Positions 35,501-49,639 of a stretch of 64,000 nucleotides of DNA are shown here, piece after piece. Under the pieces are notes generated by a model. That model saw nothing but the letters and a program-made list of their open reading frames with translations, was not told where the DNA came from and made no database searches. Origin of the DNA: Octopus sinensis (Eukaryota); NCBI RefSeq assembly GCF_006345805.1, contig NC_042997.1:23374001-23438000 (forward strand), written 5' to 3'. Both the position numbers and the translations under genes were made by a program. Position 1 is the stretch's first letter; the number at the start of each line of letters is the position of its first letter.

Positions 35501-38216
35501 TTCAGACTTCCTTATGTATGTTTATATGTATACGTATTTGCATACACCTTTCATCACCATTGCTTCTTGTCACTGTTGTGATAGTTGATGCTTCTTAGTT
35601 TCATTTTATTTGATTTCTTTAGTTTTTCTTTTATCTCCCTAGGGAATTTGTTGATAAGCTTATTTCACTTACTTTCTTGTTTTTGGCACCTTAAACTCAT
35701 GGATGTCAAGGCACCGCCCCAGCAGACCCCACCCTCTCAGTGGGCCTGTGTCCAGCAACCGATTGTGGCCATTGCCAGCCTCACCTGGCATGTAAAAAGC
35801 ACCCACTACACTCATGGAGTGGTTGGCGTTAGGAAGGGCATCCAGCCGTAGAAACACTGCCAGATCAGACTGGAGCCTGGTGCAGCCTCCTGGCTTCCCA
35901 GACCCTGGTTGAACTGTCCAACCCGTGCTAGCATGGAAAACGGACGTTAAACGATGATGATGATGATGAATGAGTGTTTGCAAATGTCACAACTAAATTT
36001 TGATAATTTTATATAAGTGACACCATATTGTTTTAATAGCAACTGGTGTCTTTAAAGTTGCAAAAATTTGATGAATGCCAGCCCTGTTAAGTGGAGGAAA
36101 GAAAACCAGACAAGTTTATATACTTGCATGGACTGAATGAAACTAACATCCTCCCCTTCCTCCCAACGCCTCATTTTTCTCTACCCCCACCTCAACTGCC
36201 CCCTTAGGCACCAGCGTCCACTGTCTCAACGTCCACCCACTTTGAGAACCTTTGCCCTAGATTAACAATATGGGATATTTTCAGTAAAGGTTAAACAACA
36301 ACAAATGCTGTGTCCAAACCAAAAAAAAGGAGCTTCTTTCAATATGGTTGCTTGATTTGTCAGAGGTATGTGTTTCACATTTTTCCCTCTTGCTTAGGTT
36401 TTCTACTTGCTTTGTTGTTCCTTGATTAATAAGATTTACAAATTGAATCAAATGATTCTAATGCAAATGAATATACTAAATCAGGTCAGAAATACCAAAA
36501 AACTTATATGCAGGGTATTTATAAATATACTTAATAAACAATTATACTTTTCTTTTCTGCTCCACAGGTTTTTAACATGCTCTGATTAATATAATTTACA
36601 GATAGAATTGACTGATTCTGATATGTGTGTGAGCACACACATATATGTATAGTTTTACACACACACACAATCATTCAATTAAATCTGTAAATAATGTAAC
36701 TATATAGTGTTGTCCAATAAATTTTCATAAACCAGACAAAAAAAAAAACACAAAGTGGGATACTTTCCAATTAAGAAAGGTTTGATTGCTAATTTAACTC
36801 TCCACTTCTGGAAGGATATCAGCATTAAACTGTTTAGTAATATAAATTAGCTGTTATGAGGCTATTATATAATATAAATAATGATGATGATGATGGTCAC
36901 ACCTGTTGGTTTCAACGTATGTGTGTTTGAAGGAGAGGACATAAAGTTAAAGAGAGAGAAAAAAACCCACTAAGGAGTTGCATCTATTTGTGATGGATGT
37001 GTGAATGTAACTTCAGTCCAGGCATTGATTTTCCTCTAAAGTCATAATGGGACATTGATGATTTTGATTTTGCCTGGGATTGGGCAAGTGTGATGGTTGC
37101 GGGATATAATTCTTCTATTCTTTTTCTTCAACTCCTTGTGACACCTTTTACACCATACAGACAAGTGTAGGCAATTACTTTCTCAAGATGTCATGTTAAG
37201 CTGTAAAGATTTTAGTGATTGCTTCAACTTAATCCTTATATCTCAGGAGAGGTCGTCCTTTGCTGCAATCTTAAATGATTGGAAGTGTATATATTTTGGG
37301 CTACAGCAAATATTCTGCTCAATACCACAGATTTGCTTGTCAATTACTTGAGCCTAACCAGTTGAGAATGTCCCTTTGTGATTGATGATATATGCATCTC
37401 TGATCACAAGCAACAGTAGTGGAACCTTTTGAGTGGGATGAATTACATGATTCAAAGAAAATTCTAACTGGGCCCCACCTGCAAGGTCATGCTTTTTTTT
37501 TTTATATATATGGTATCATCATGTCATGCATATATGGTTGTGATGCATGTACCTCGTGTACCCTTATCAGATGGGTAGTCGTAATGTGTATATTGGGCTT
37601 TGTCTATTTGTACCTGTATCATTTTGATGGCATGTTCTGATCTCTCACTCAATAATAATAATAATCCTTTCTACTATAGGCACAAGGCCTTAATTTTTTT
37701 TTTTTTTTTTTTTTGGTAGGGTGGACAAGTTGATTAGATTGACCTCAGTATGCAAATGGTACTTAATTTATCGATCCTGAAAGGATGAAATGCAAAGTTG
37801 ACCTTGGTGGAATTTGAACTCAGAAAGTAGTGGTAGATGAAATACTGCTAGGCATTTCGCCTGGCGTACTAACAATTCTGCCAGCTCATCACCATAATAA
37901 TAATAATAATAAATGCCTTGATGCAGTACCAGGCAGTGGCTCTCATGCTAACAATTCTGCCAACATGTCACTTTAATAATAATAATCTTTCTATTGGAAG
38001 CACAAGGCCTGGATTTTGTGGGGAGGGATTAAGTCAATTACATCCACCCCAGTACGTAACTGGTAGTTATTTAATCAACCCCAAAAGGATGAAAGGTATA
38101 GTCAATCCTGAAAGGATGAAAGGCAAAGTTTACCTCAAAGGAAATTGTACTCAGAATGTAGTGGCAGATGAAACACCATTAAGCATTTTACCTGGCATGC
38201 TAATGATACTGCAAGC

Positions 38217-38259
<43 letters not shown>

Positions 38260-38844
38260 TCTTTTCTACTATAGGCACAAGGCCTGGATTTTGTGGGGAG
38301 GGAGACAGTTAATCACATTGACTCCAGTACTCAACTGGTACTTAATTTATTGACCCTGAAAGGATGAAAGGCAAAGTTGACCTCAACAGAATTTGAACTC
38401 AGAACGCAGCAGCAGACGAAATACTGCTAAGCATTTTGCCCGACATGCTAACGATTCTGCCAGCTCGCCCCCTTAATAATAATAATAATAATAATATTAA
38501 TAATAATTTTGGCACAAAGTCAGAAATTTTGAGGGAAGGGGCAAGTCTATTATATCAAACCCAGAACTTTACTGATACTTTATTTTATTAACCCCCAAAA
38601 GAATGAAAGCAAAGTTGTCTTCAGTAGGATTTATATATAAAAGTATATATGTGGAACCAAATATATTTCACTAAAGTCCACTCTTCTGAGTGGTTGGTGT
38701 TGGGAAGGGCATCTAGCTGTAAAAATCCTGCCAAAACAGTCACAGAAGTCTGGTGCAGGCTTCTACTTGGCCGCCTCTTGTGAAGCCATCTTACCAATGC
38801 TAGCGTGGAAGGCGGACGTTAAATGATAATGATGAAAGGGTCAG

Positions 38845-39420
38845 ACTTGATATGATGAATTCTTTTTTGCATCTTGTTAACTCTGTCTTTGGGGATGAAT
38901 TCCTAGATTCTGAAACCAAAATGAGAATCAAGATGGCTTCCACTGCATTTGGGATACTGAAGAAACAAGTGTGGTCTGACAGGGACTTGAATCTGTCAAC
39001 CACACTTTGTATTCATGATACTTGTGTCTTTATATTCCTGCTATACTCATTTGAGACACAGATCTTGTATTGACACTTCAGAATGCTCAAAAGAAGTGAC
39101 CAAAAGTGTCTAAGGCATATATATTAAACATCAATTAGAAATCTTTTGCACATACGATGGGTTGCTTATGGCATCCACTTTTACAATTTCAAACTTCCTA
39201 GGTAATTCCTTTATGGAGAATTAGTTCTCAGAACGTGTTCCCAACACAAATCAAGAAGAGAGATTTTGTGATACCACAAACAGCCTTAAGTCCTTAAATA
39301 TTAGAACTGCTCATTGGAAACATCTCACAATGGAAAGAAACAAATGATGGTCTATTGCAGGGAACAATAGACTGCAGCTTAAGAAAATTTAAATTGTCTG
39401 TTAAATGGTGAAACATACTA
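38845..39420 (+). mobile_element. RTE (BovB-like) LINE fragment
   Basis: DSETKMRIKMASTAFGILKKQVWSDRDLNLSTTL...LLYSFET, a post-RT RTE motif. Confidence 0.8.
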
Positions 39421-40366
39421 CCCAAAACCTACAGGAAGTTGAAACTTTCCATGACAGAGAGACCAGAGATAATCTCACTTGCAGTCTGTGATTGTATTAC
39501 ACTTTGAAAAGTCAAGCTTGTTATCCATGAATAGTTACATATCAGGAGACAAACACAGGTTGCTTACGGTGCTACAGCTCCAGTGACCCCAATGGAGCAC
39601 TACTATTGCTTAAAGCTGTGCTCATCCACTACTGGGTTGAAAATCCAATTTAGATGAAAGAACAAAGATAGACCTGATGTTGGTGCAATTCTTGACCAAA
39701 TTTTGCTGCATTTGTCACAGAAATTTTAAACAATTTCAGAACTACGTAGTCATCTAAGGGCCCGCAGTAGAAATGCTATCAAACATATTAGAGGCAAGTG
39801 TGTGTAATGATAAAGTGGTTATGCTCAAAATCTACACCCATCCATTCATATTAAATACAACGGAACTTACACATTGACCATATATGCAATAAAAATGAAA
39901 TAACACTTGGACATGCAAGAAATACACTGAATGCCTATGATTATAGTTTGTTAGATGAAATAACCTGCAGCAATATTATAAGAATTATCAAAGGTGGTAA
40001 GATAGCAGAATCGTTAGCATGCTAGGCAAATGCTTAGTGGCATTTCGTCTGTCTTTATGTTCCGAGTTCAAATTCTGCCAAGGTTGACTTTGCCTTTCAT
40101 CCTTTTGGGGTCAAGCACAGGGGTCGATGTAATCAACTTACCCTCTCCCCCATACTTGCTGATCTTGTGCCAAAATTTGAAACCAGTACTAAAAGAATTA
40201 TGAATAAACCAGGGATACTTTTGGCATGAAAAACAAGTAAACTTGACCACTACAATATTACTTTGATTAATGTGATAAATACTAAAAATATACCAAATAT
40301 AAAATGTTAGTCACGCATAATACAAGAAGTTAGAGACATAGACAATATAAAAAAGATTGTACATAC

Positions 40367-40631
40367 TTTGCTCGATGAAAAGACGGAACTTAGTCAGTTC
40401 TTCAGTTTCATAAACACCAGGACTCCAAGAAATGGTCTTAAATCTTAAGGCTTGGCGAAAAATGTCTATTTTTTGTGAATTTTTTTCAACATCAATCTTC
40501 AAATGTTTCTCTGTTTGCTGACAGGGACTGATAGTGTCATTTTTTACATTGAAGGTAAAAGTGCGAATTAGAACAACAACGCTAATAACTAACACTGAGC
40601 TACACACACATACTGCAATTCGTTTCAGCAT
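40367..40631 (-). CDS. PM20D1: PM20D1-like M20 peptidase, first coding exon (signal/anchor + N-terminus)
   Basis: ATG at 40631. MLKRIAVCVCSSVLVISVVVLIRTF is a hydrophobic N-terminus, followed by ALRFKTISW...FRLFIEQ. Donor gtatgt at 40366-40361. 265 nt, phase 1, joins in frame to 19852. Confidence 0.93.
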
Positions 40632-42652
40632 ATTGTAGCAAGTTGAATGTAGATAGGCTTAAAGCAAAAATAATTCTGGAACTAACTCAATGAATATATA
40701 TATATACATATATATATTTATTCCTACATGCACTGTTTAACTTCAAAGACTGAATTAGTCGACTATGTTATTTAACTAGGTTTCTTTTTCCAGTTGACTT
40801 GGTGCTTTATTTAAGGATGCCTTATTCATTAAAAAAAACAAATAATTAATGGAGGTAACTAAATATCATATTAGAAATACCATAAAAAAGCCTGTGTAGC
40901 TTTCTGACCTGCTAGAAAAAGCAACCAAATCTTCCTGAAATCATATCATGCATCATAAAAAAGAAAGAACACATGGCATGGCAGAATCTTCAAAGTCTTG
41001 CCTAGCGAGAACAATGGGATGATCACAGTTAAAGTACCTAATTCTAACTAATCATGAGCAATATGGGTCAAACAACAACCCGTGTGAAAATCATACCTAC
41101 ATAAAAGCAACCTTCTCTATAATAAACTCTCATTATTCAATGGTCTTTTGGATTCCTATCTTTTTTAACAATGTTAATTTTTACTGATTTGTATTAAAAT
41201 AAATTTCTTCTGGGATTTATTTGTATATTATCCCAAATCTGTGCTTTCTGTATTTTATCAATAGTTAAAAGTTTCAATCCAAGTAACAGCTCAGAGGAGA
41301 ACCTTCTTCCCTTTCATCAAATACTAATCTTGAACTTTTTTAACTTTGTATTAATCACACTAGCATCATTAAACTTCCCTATACTTTTGATCCTCCTGCT
41401 CAGGAAATCCCCACCCTCCTCAGAATAATTAAACCAAGTGCTTTTTCATTATAATTATTGTAAACTACACTAAGCTGGGTATGTTATCAAAATCATTTAA
41501 CATCTGTTTTCCATGCTGGCATGTGTTGGACAATTTGACGGGATCCAGTGGACAATGCCAAGCTCTAGAGTCAACTTTGACATTGTTTTTCTACAGCTGG
41601 ATGCCCTTCTTAATGTCAACCATTTTACAATGTGAACTGGGTGTTTTTGTGTGTGTGCCAGTAGCACAAGTGAGACTGCCAAGTAATTTGAAAGACAAAA
41701 AAAAAAAAATAAAATAAAGGATTGGAAAAGGAAAAGCTCTCACTACTAAGTAGTGAGGAGTATTTGAATGGGGAGGTAACTTTATACCAGGTAGTGAAAG
41801 TGCTTGTCTTACTATCAGAGTGAGACAAGCACAGGTGTTTTTACTATAGAGAAAATTGATGGCTACTGAACATTATATAGGAGTGGGTGGGAATGGTTGG
41901 AAATGACATAAAGATGGTAATAATAGAGTGCTATTGAGGTAACTCCAAGGTGCAAGAAGGTGAGTAGAAGAGAGGATAGGGACATTGGATTAGGGGAGAG
42001 GAGGGAGTGGGTATTCATAAGAGTGTGGGGGAGAGTAACAAATGGCTAGAATTGGGAGTAGAGGTGAATGTAGAAAATGATGAACAAGAGTGGAGGTGCA
42101 GTTGATGGGAAATATCAGTATGGAGAGATGTAAGGTGAGAGAGATAGAAGTGGCTCAGGAAAGATAGATCAGAAGGTAGGGTGATAATAGGCAAAGTGTA
42201 GGAGGGGTGATGAGGGAGATGTAGGGGTACACAAGGGTAGTTATAGTAAGTGGAACTTGAGGGCAGATATGAGAAGACGCTGCTCTATAATTATATTTTT
42301 GCTTCAATTTGGTGTGTAGCAGAGATGCACAGACTGGAAATTACTGAAGGTGCTTTTTCTTTTCTTAGGGAGGATTTTTTTTGTTTTTTTTGCCCAGCTC
42401 ATAGAAGTTAAAGCCGTAATGAGATAGAAAAGATCTCAGGCATGGGAAATTAACACTCATAATGTAGCTTTCCTCCACTTCATTTTGCTCTGCCCACAGG
42501 TCTCCATATGTGCATTGCCATTCAGCAACTGTCCATCACCAAACAGTTGATTGGATCAACAGGGATAGTTGTTTTACTACAGAGGTTAAACTATGATAGA
42601 GGGACAGAAACAGGTGTCTTGTTAGAGAGGAGATAGATAGTTATCCCAGTAA

Positions 42653-42700
<48 letters not shown>

Positions 42701-42734
42701 TAGAGATGGTGGCAATGTGCAAGATACAAAGATG

Positions 42735-43870
42735 TGAATATAAATGGAATGGTATTGGAACTTCTCTAATTCACTACCAGAACAAGAGAAGTTCCAGATA
42801 TGGAAGCAAGGTCTAGAATCGAAGGGCCTTAGAGTTAACCTAGCAAAAACCAAAGCCTTCGTAAGTAGGAAGGCAGACAAATCCCAAATTCCTTCAGGTA
42901 AGTGGCCCTGCTCAATCTGTAGAAAAGGTGTAGGTAGAAACTCTATAAAATGCACCCGGTGTAAGCTTTGGACACATAAAAAGTGCCGCAATATTAGAGG
43001 AAGGTTAACAGGGAAAATAGCTTTTGTGTACAGAAGATGCACAGGTACAATAAACACTGAAAATACACAGAAATAGATTCCATCAACTACCAGTGGGTTA
43101 AGCTAGAGGTAGTAGATAGCTTCTGTCACCTAGATGACCAAGTTAGTAGTGGAGATAGATGCACTGAGAACGTAGCTGTTAGAATAAGATTAGGTTGGAC
43201 AAAGTCCAGAGAGCTCCTACTTCTGCTGGCAACAAAGGGCCTCTCTCTCTGGTATAATCATGGGAAGCATATGGACGAGGACAGCTGTGTAAAGAAGTAC
43301 CGATCTCTAATTGTGGAGGGAACATGTGGTAGAGATAGACCCAGGAAGACATGGGACAAGGTGGTGAAGCATGATCTTCGAACTTTGGGCCTCAAGGAGG
43401 CAATGACTAGTGACCTAAGACTATTGGCAATGTGCTGTGCATGAGAGGACTCGTCAAGTAAGATCATAGTCGTAGCTGATGCCGGTATCACACTATTAGC
43501 ATTCGTGCCAGTGGCACATAAAAGGCACCTTTTGAGCATTGGGCCTCATGGAGGCAAAGTGGTTAAGCTTCCTTCAAGTGTTCAGTCTCATGGAGGCAAT
43601 GACCGAGACCTTTGGCATTATGTCATGCTTGAGAAGAGGACCCATCAAGCCAAGCAAAACTGCAGTTGTGGCGGATACTGGTGTCATGTAAATGCTATTG
43701 GCACAACCATTCCAGTAGCACTTAAAAGCATGCATTACACTCTTGGAGTGGTTGGTGTTAGAAAGGGCATCCAGCATCCAGCTATAGACATTATGTAAAA
43801 TCAGACTGGAGTCTGGTGCAGCCTTCCTACTTGCCAGTATGGACAACAAACATTAAATGATGATGATGAT
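42735..43870 (+). mobile_element. RTE LINE 3' portion with Cys-rich insert and (GAT)n tail
   Basis: KFQIWKQGLESKGLRVNLAKTK...WPCSICRKGVGRNSIKCTRCKLWTHKKC, then EVVDSFCHLDD, GRDRPRKTWD and the shared 3' UTR. Confidence 0.88.
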
Positions 43871-45579
43871 GTAGAGGACTGCTCAGGGTACATGAGTAGG
43901 GAGTTCACAAATATGCAAAAGGGGATATACACGTGTGTGTGAATATATAATCAAGCTACTCTTCTTCCCCAGAGAAATTAAATTATAAGTTGTCTGGATG
44001 GATCTAGCAGTCTTAAAATTTACAGCTTAAATTGAAGAAAAAACAGCATATTTTACATTGAAACAAAGAAGGAAAAAATGAACATTTGATATGGAAATGT
44101 TGGTTATTTATTATAACTTTATATAATCTCTTCATAGGAAGAAGTGAAAAGGAAAAAAATCATTATGTATCTTCACCAAGATAAATCTGTTTACATATGA
44201 CATGAACAAATTAGGAAATTTGACAAATATAAACATTCTTATTAAGAAAAAAAAACAACAAAAAATACAGAACATGACATAAATTACTGTTATAATGACA
44301 ATTACAATTAATGACAAGTAATAAAATTGTTTTTTGTAATAATTTAGTGGAGTTGAAAATATAATCATTTTGTTTTCAGACCAACTGTGAGATGAAGATA
44401 TACAAATGACTATGCTACACTGGATGTCAAAACATGAAAATACAGCAGACTCTACTAGTTCATTCCAGATTCTTCTCAATTTACATCTAGTCATGCTGGG
44501 CAGAATTTCATAATTTTATTATTATTAATGTTTAATTGTATCTTTTGAACCAAAATTACCTCCACAAAACAAAGACATGCAAATTGAGCAGGTATTACTG
44601 TAGCTCTTATCAAAACAGTTTGAGTTTTCTGCCAGCAAGCTGCCTATCTTGATGGCCATTTTTGTTGACATAACTAGCAGGGACTAGATGCAAACAGTCA
44701 AATTATTTGGACAACAACTTTAACACAGAACTAATACTAAACTAATACACTCATATAGATATTCATATAAATCCAGTAAGATTTAGTTAGTTTGACATAA
44801 TTTTACATTGTTAAAATTAATTTTTAAAAATGTTTAGAGCATAAAGAGAATGGGTGAAACAATGAGCAACTACAATTTAGCATTAAAGAGAAATTATGCA
44901 GATTGAAAATTAGGAGGGGAGGATGAAAAAACAACTATCCAAGTAAATGTTAACATAAGCTCCAAAAATAAAAGTCATTGAAAGTAGATAAACTATGTGG
45001 GTTTTTTTTTTTTGACTATTGATTGATGAGTTGTACAATGAAGAAATATTACAATTTAAATTCTTAGACAAAAATATATTATTCAGTGAAAAGACTAAGA
45101 ATCAGTTATAACTTTTTTTTTTTTCATTCTTTCTTGAAAGAATTTATTTATGATTGTGGAGGGAATAGTTTTCCATTGCATTTTGTTGATAATAGGCAAT
45201 ATTCATTCTACATTAAAAATGCAAATGTTAAAGTTAAACATTTTAAAAAAATTATGGATTTGTAATAAACCATTATACTGACTGGATTCTGTCAATATCA
45301 AAATTATTTCTAAAAAAATTACAAACTTGTAATTCTACCAAGTATGGAATGATATCTAGTTTCTGACAAGATATAATGAGATGATTCAGAGTTTGAAGTG
45401 TGCAGAGAGAATGGTTACTTTATGGAAAATAAATAAGCTTCATTAAGAATAGGTTTGAATGTATTCTATGTACAAAGAGAAACATGTTTGTTGAAGTACA
45501 AGACTACAGACAATATGATTTCAATCAATGCCATAAACTATGCATCCTAATTTTGAATGGATAAAAGGTATTCAGGAAT

Positions 45580-45639
<60 letters not shown>

Positions 45640-48600
45640 ATGTATAAACCTATAGAAGTGTATATTTGTAATTTCAAACATTAAGATAACTTAATAAATG
45701 AAAATATAGACATGAAAATGTATGAGGCATGTATTATTAATACTAAAAATCACTGGGAACCTTGTATTATTTTGTTTATAATTTTGAATATAGTTTAATC
45801 ATTCATTTTATTTTATTTTTTTTTTATACCATAAGTTATTTCAGAGCAAGGATGTTCGAGTGATCATATAAACTGAAACCAACAAATCAATTTCAGCCAC
45901 ATTTTAATTAAGATAAACTTGCTCCTTTCAGAGTTTTTTCAGAAGATTTGTAGAAGCAGTTTTCAGTGAAAGACAGAAGGTATGGAAGAGAAGAGGAATG
46001 GAATGTATAATTTGCAAATGGAATAAAAATAAAAATGGATGGAAGTAATAGTATAAGATTGCAAGGGTGACATTTTTCATACTGAACACCGATATTTTGA
46101 AAATTGGAAAAAAAAATTACCAGATAATTTGCAAATATTCCCAGCCCATATTTTTATAGCAAAAGGGTCGATATTGTAAAGCTATTTAACAAAATAGTTT
46201 TAGGCTGCCATTACTGTTTTGGGTTGAAGGTCGTCACATCCATTAGTGTTTAGCGGGAGTTTAAAAACTTTTCAGTATCTTGAGCAAAGTTTAAATAATT
46301 CAAAACAATGTGTGTGGACACTGGATAAGAACTCGTATGTCTACTTTTCCATTATTATGGGCTGGACAATATATGTTATAGACAAGGAAGAGTAAAGAGC
46401 AAATACTTTTTGTTAATATGCTATATGTACAATGTCCACATTTACTATCTATGTAGAGAGATCAAATCTTAAATTGTGACCATTTAAAATAAGGTTTTAA
46501 AATTAAACTCATATGCAAGGAATAAATATTCAATTCACTATATATATAAAGAGTGGTTGTAACTGTAAAACAATAGAATAATTTTTCTATGCATACATAC
46601 ATTGGGAAAATGTAAAAACTACATATTGCTTTTAATTATTTCTTTTCTTGTGGAAGATAGGTACCAGTAGATAATTGTTAAAGGGGTTCGATGTTAAGAG
46701 ATTCTAGCTATAAAGCATTTGCTCATAAGAACAAATGCGAAGTCCAGCTTTACAAATCAGTTAGACCCATGCAAGCTTAAGAGAAAGCAGAAGATAGACT
46801 TTCAAAGAAATGGAGGCAATGAATGAATATAAGAGCTTTGGTAACTAGATGTAATGGCAAATTGTAAGAGGAACACTGCTTTAAAATTTACAATAGTCTA
46901 AGCAGTAGAAATTAAAAGATTTCTCCAAAATTATAAGAAAAATAATAAAAAATACATAGTATTAAAAGTTAATTGCACAGTCTTCTGCATTTGTATATCT
47001 TTAAAAATATCTGCTGAAAAATATCAAGAGAATAGGCATGGTTGTATGGTTAAGAAGTTCATTTTGCGACCAGATGGTTTCAGATTTGGTCCCACTGCAT
47101 GACACCTTGAACAAGTACCTTCCACTAGAGCCTTGCACCAAATAATACCTCGAAAGTGAATCTGGTAGAAGGAAAATGGATAGAAACCCATTCTGTGTTT
47201 GTGTGTGTAAGTATACACAAATATGTGTGCGCATAGATGTGCGGGTCTTTGAGTTTGTCTCAGTACTTTACAATCAGTATTGATTTGTTCATGTCCACAT
47301 AACTTAGTGTATCAGCAAAAAGAGACTGATAGAATAAGCAGTAGACTTTAAAATACTGGGGTTGATTTGATCAAATGGACCCTTGAAGGCAGTGCAATGA
47401 CTGAAAGAGGTTAAATAATAGTGTAGAAGAACACAACTAAACATGCTGTACAGCTAAGGAAGCAGCTGTTTGACTGTGAGTATCAAGTATTGATGGACGT
47501 AAAATGGATTCAGTTCAAATCTGTTGAAATCATGAAAATATTTATATGAATTAATGCATATTAAATACTGTCTCTTTCATAAAAACGACACAAATTCTCA
47601 ATGGTTCTAAACATGCATATTTTCATAAAATAGGACAAATGTTTTTACATCTAAATGTTTTCCCTGAAACTATTCTTTAAAGAAGAAACAGCAGTAATTT
47701 TCTCATGTAAACTGGTAGATACAATGCTAATGTGCCCAGCTTGGAGGAAGGACACAATATTCATGTCTGAGATTGCACCATCTTACTAAGGAATTACATA
47801 CAGTAACTGTTTATTTATTCACTATATATTTCTTATAAATATAAAATAAGGCACAAAATGTTAACTACACAAATTGTATGTAAGAGGTTAAATATGGACT
47901 GTGCCAATAGATTGCACAATGATGGTTAGATTTATGAGCACGATGTTGGAACATAAAAAAATGGAAACAAACATAATTCACAAACAGATTTCAAGAAACT
48001 ACTTAAAAGCAATTCAGATTTTAAAACTGAAATCTTATTTTCAATATGACTGTGTGGTTAAAAAGTTAACTTTGCAGACATGATTTTGAGTTCAGTCACA
48101 CAGTATGACAGCTTGGAAAGGTGTCTTTTACCACAGTAGTAGGCTGACTAATGCCTTGTGAATGAATTTGGGAGACAGAACTGTACAAAGCCCATTCTAT
48201 ATACATACATATATATATATATTTATGCATATATGTGTGCATATGTGTGTGTGAATGCTTACATTTGTGCTTCTCTGAAAATTTTGCCGAGCTACAAACA
48301 ATGTTATTTCCTTGTCCACAAATTATTCACTCACTCTGCACTTTTGAAGACAAGAGACCCCTTTCTCACAAAACATGTAAGGGTTAGTGATACAAAAGGC
48401 ATTCAGCTGTAAAACAATGCCTCACTATTATATATAAATCTAATCCTTCACAGCAGGAAAAAAATGGACATAAAAATGAAGGAATTCCTCAAAATTGAAA
48501 ATCCAGTCATACTACTACACTACTAGGAATTTATTGGGCACGAACAGGTCATTTATTTATTTCACAAACAGGGAGCCATTTAAGATATTTATCCTCTTGC

Positions 48601-49639
48601 CCTTCCCTTCTCCATTGACAAAATAGTCTTAAATCTGGATACAATACAGAGATCATAAAATATCTAAGATTTCTAAACACATAACTAAGAAAATGCTTTC
48701 AAAAGTAGCAATGGGTATCTTGACAATGTTATCTGGTAAAATTGTTTCCTTATTCATGAAAGAAAAAAAAATTTAATCTCATATTTCTGATAATTTTACA
48801 GAGGAAAGAAAATAGATCACTGGCTAATGAATTGTACGCATGCATCTGTCTGAATATTCACCAATACAGATTGCATATGTATATATGTGAACATGTTTAT
48901 GAATTCATGTATGTAAAAGAATGTATAAGGAAAGGGCAGACATTTTAATAAACAGCAAAAAATTTTAAAAGGAATAAGTTAAAAGTCTATAGACATGCAG
49001 GAGTGAATCATGAATTAACCACAATACACTTACAAGTTTTTCCCTTTTTGGAGGAAGGGATGGAGGAGAATTAGTTAGACACACATCATGGTTGTGTTGT
49101 TAAGAGGTCCCAACCCTGTGGTTTCAGGTTCCATTTCATAATGTAACACCTTGGGCAAGTATCTTCTGCTAGAGCTATGTAGGCTGGCCAAAGCCTCATT
49201 AATGGCTCTGGTAAACAGAAACTGAAAGAAACCCCATCATGTGTGTGTGTATGTATGTATGTCTCCTTGTCTTGACATGATGTCATAGTTGTAAACAAGA
49301 TCACCATTATGCAAGCAATGCCACTTGCCTCTAATCTTTTGTGAAAACATGCCTTGCCATAAGGAAATATTACCTTACTTGGAAACAGGTGAAGGCATCT
49401 GACTGCAGACAGTCCACCTCAACAGATTTTGTTTGATACATGCAAGGATGGAAAAGTGGATGTTCAAACAATGATGGCATCACTAGATGTGGTCTTCAGT
49501 CATTATGACCTTAATCATAACCACTATGCTTTCTGTTTGGTTTGCAAAAGAACAGTATTCAGTGATCTGTTTTCTGTGAGATGAAGGTGCATAAAGAGTC
49601 AAAATCCACCAAATGCTTTCAATACAGGAACTGTGTTTA

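Larger units (their letters stand above)
31105..36254 (-). mobile_element. Putative hAT (Buster/Charlie-type) element with nested insertions
   Basis: TIRs caaaagttctcaaact / actttgagaacctttg (14/16 match), flanks tcctagat / ccctagat. Contains the transposase remnant listed separately. Confidence 0.55.

Noticed and set aside
44132-44494. 120-aa minus-strand ORF
   Set aside because: Its composition (F/I/Y runs) reflects AT-rich non-coding DNA, with no domain or splice support.
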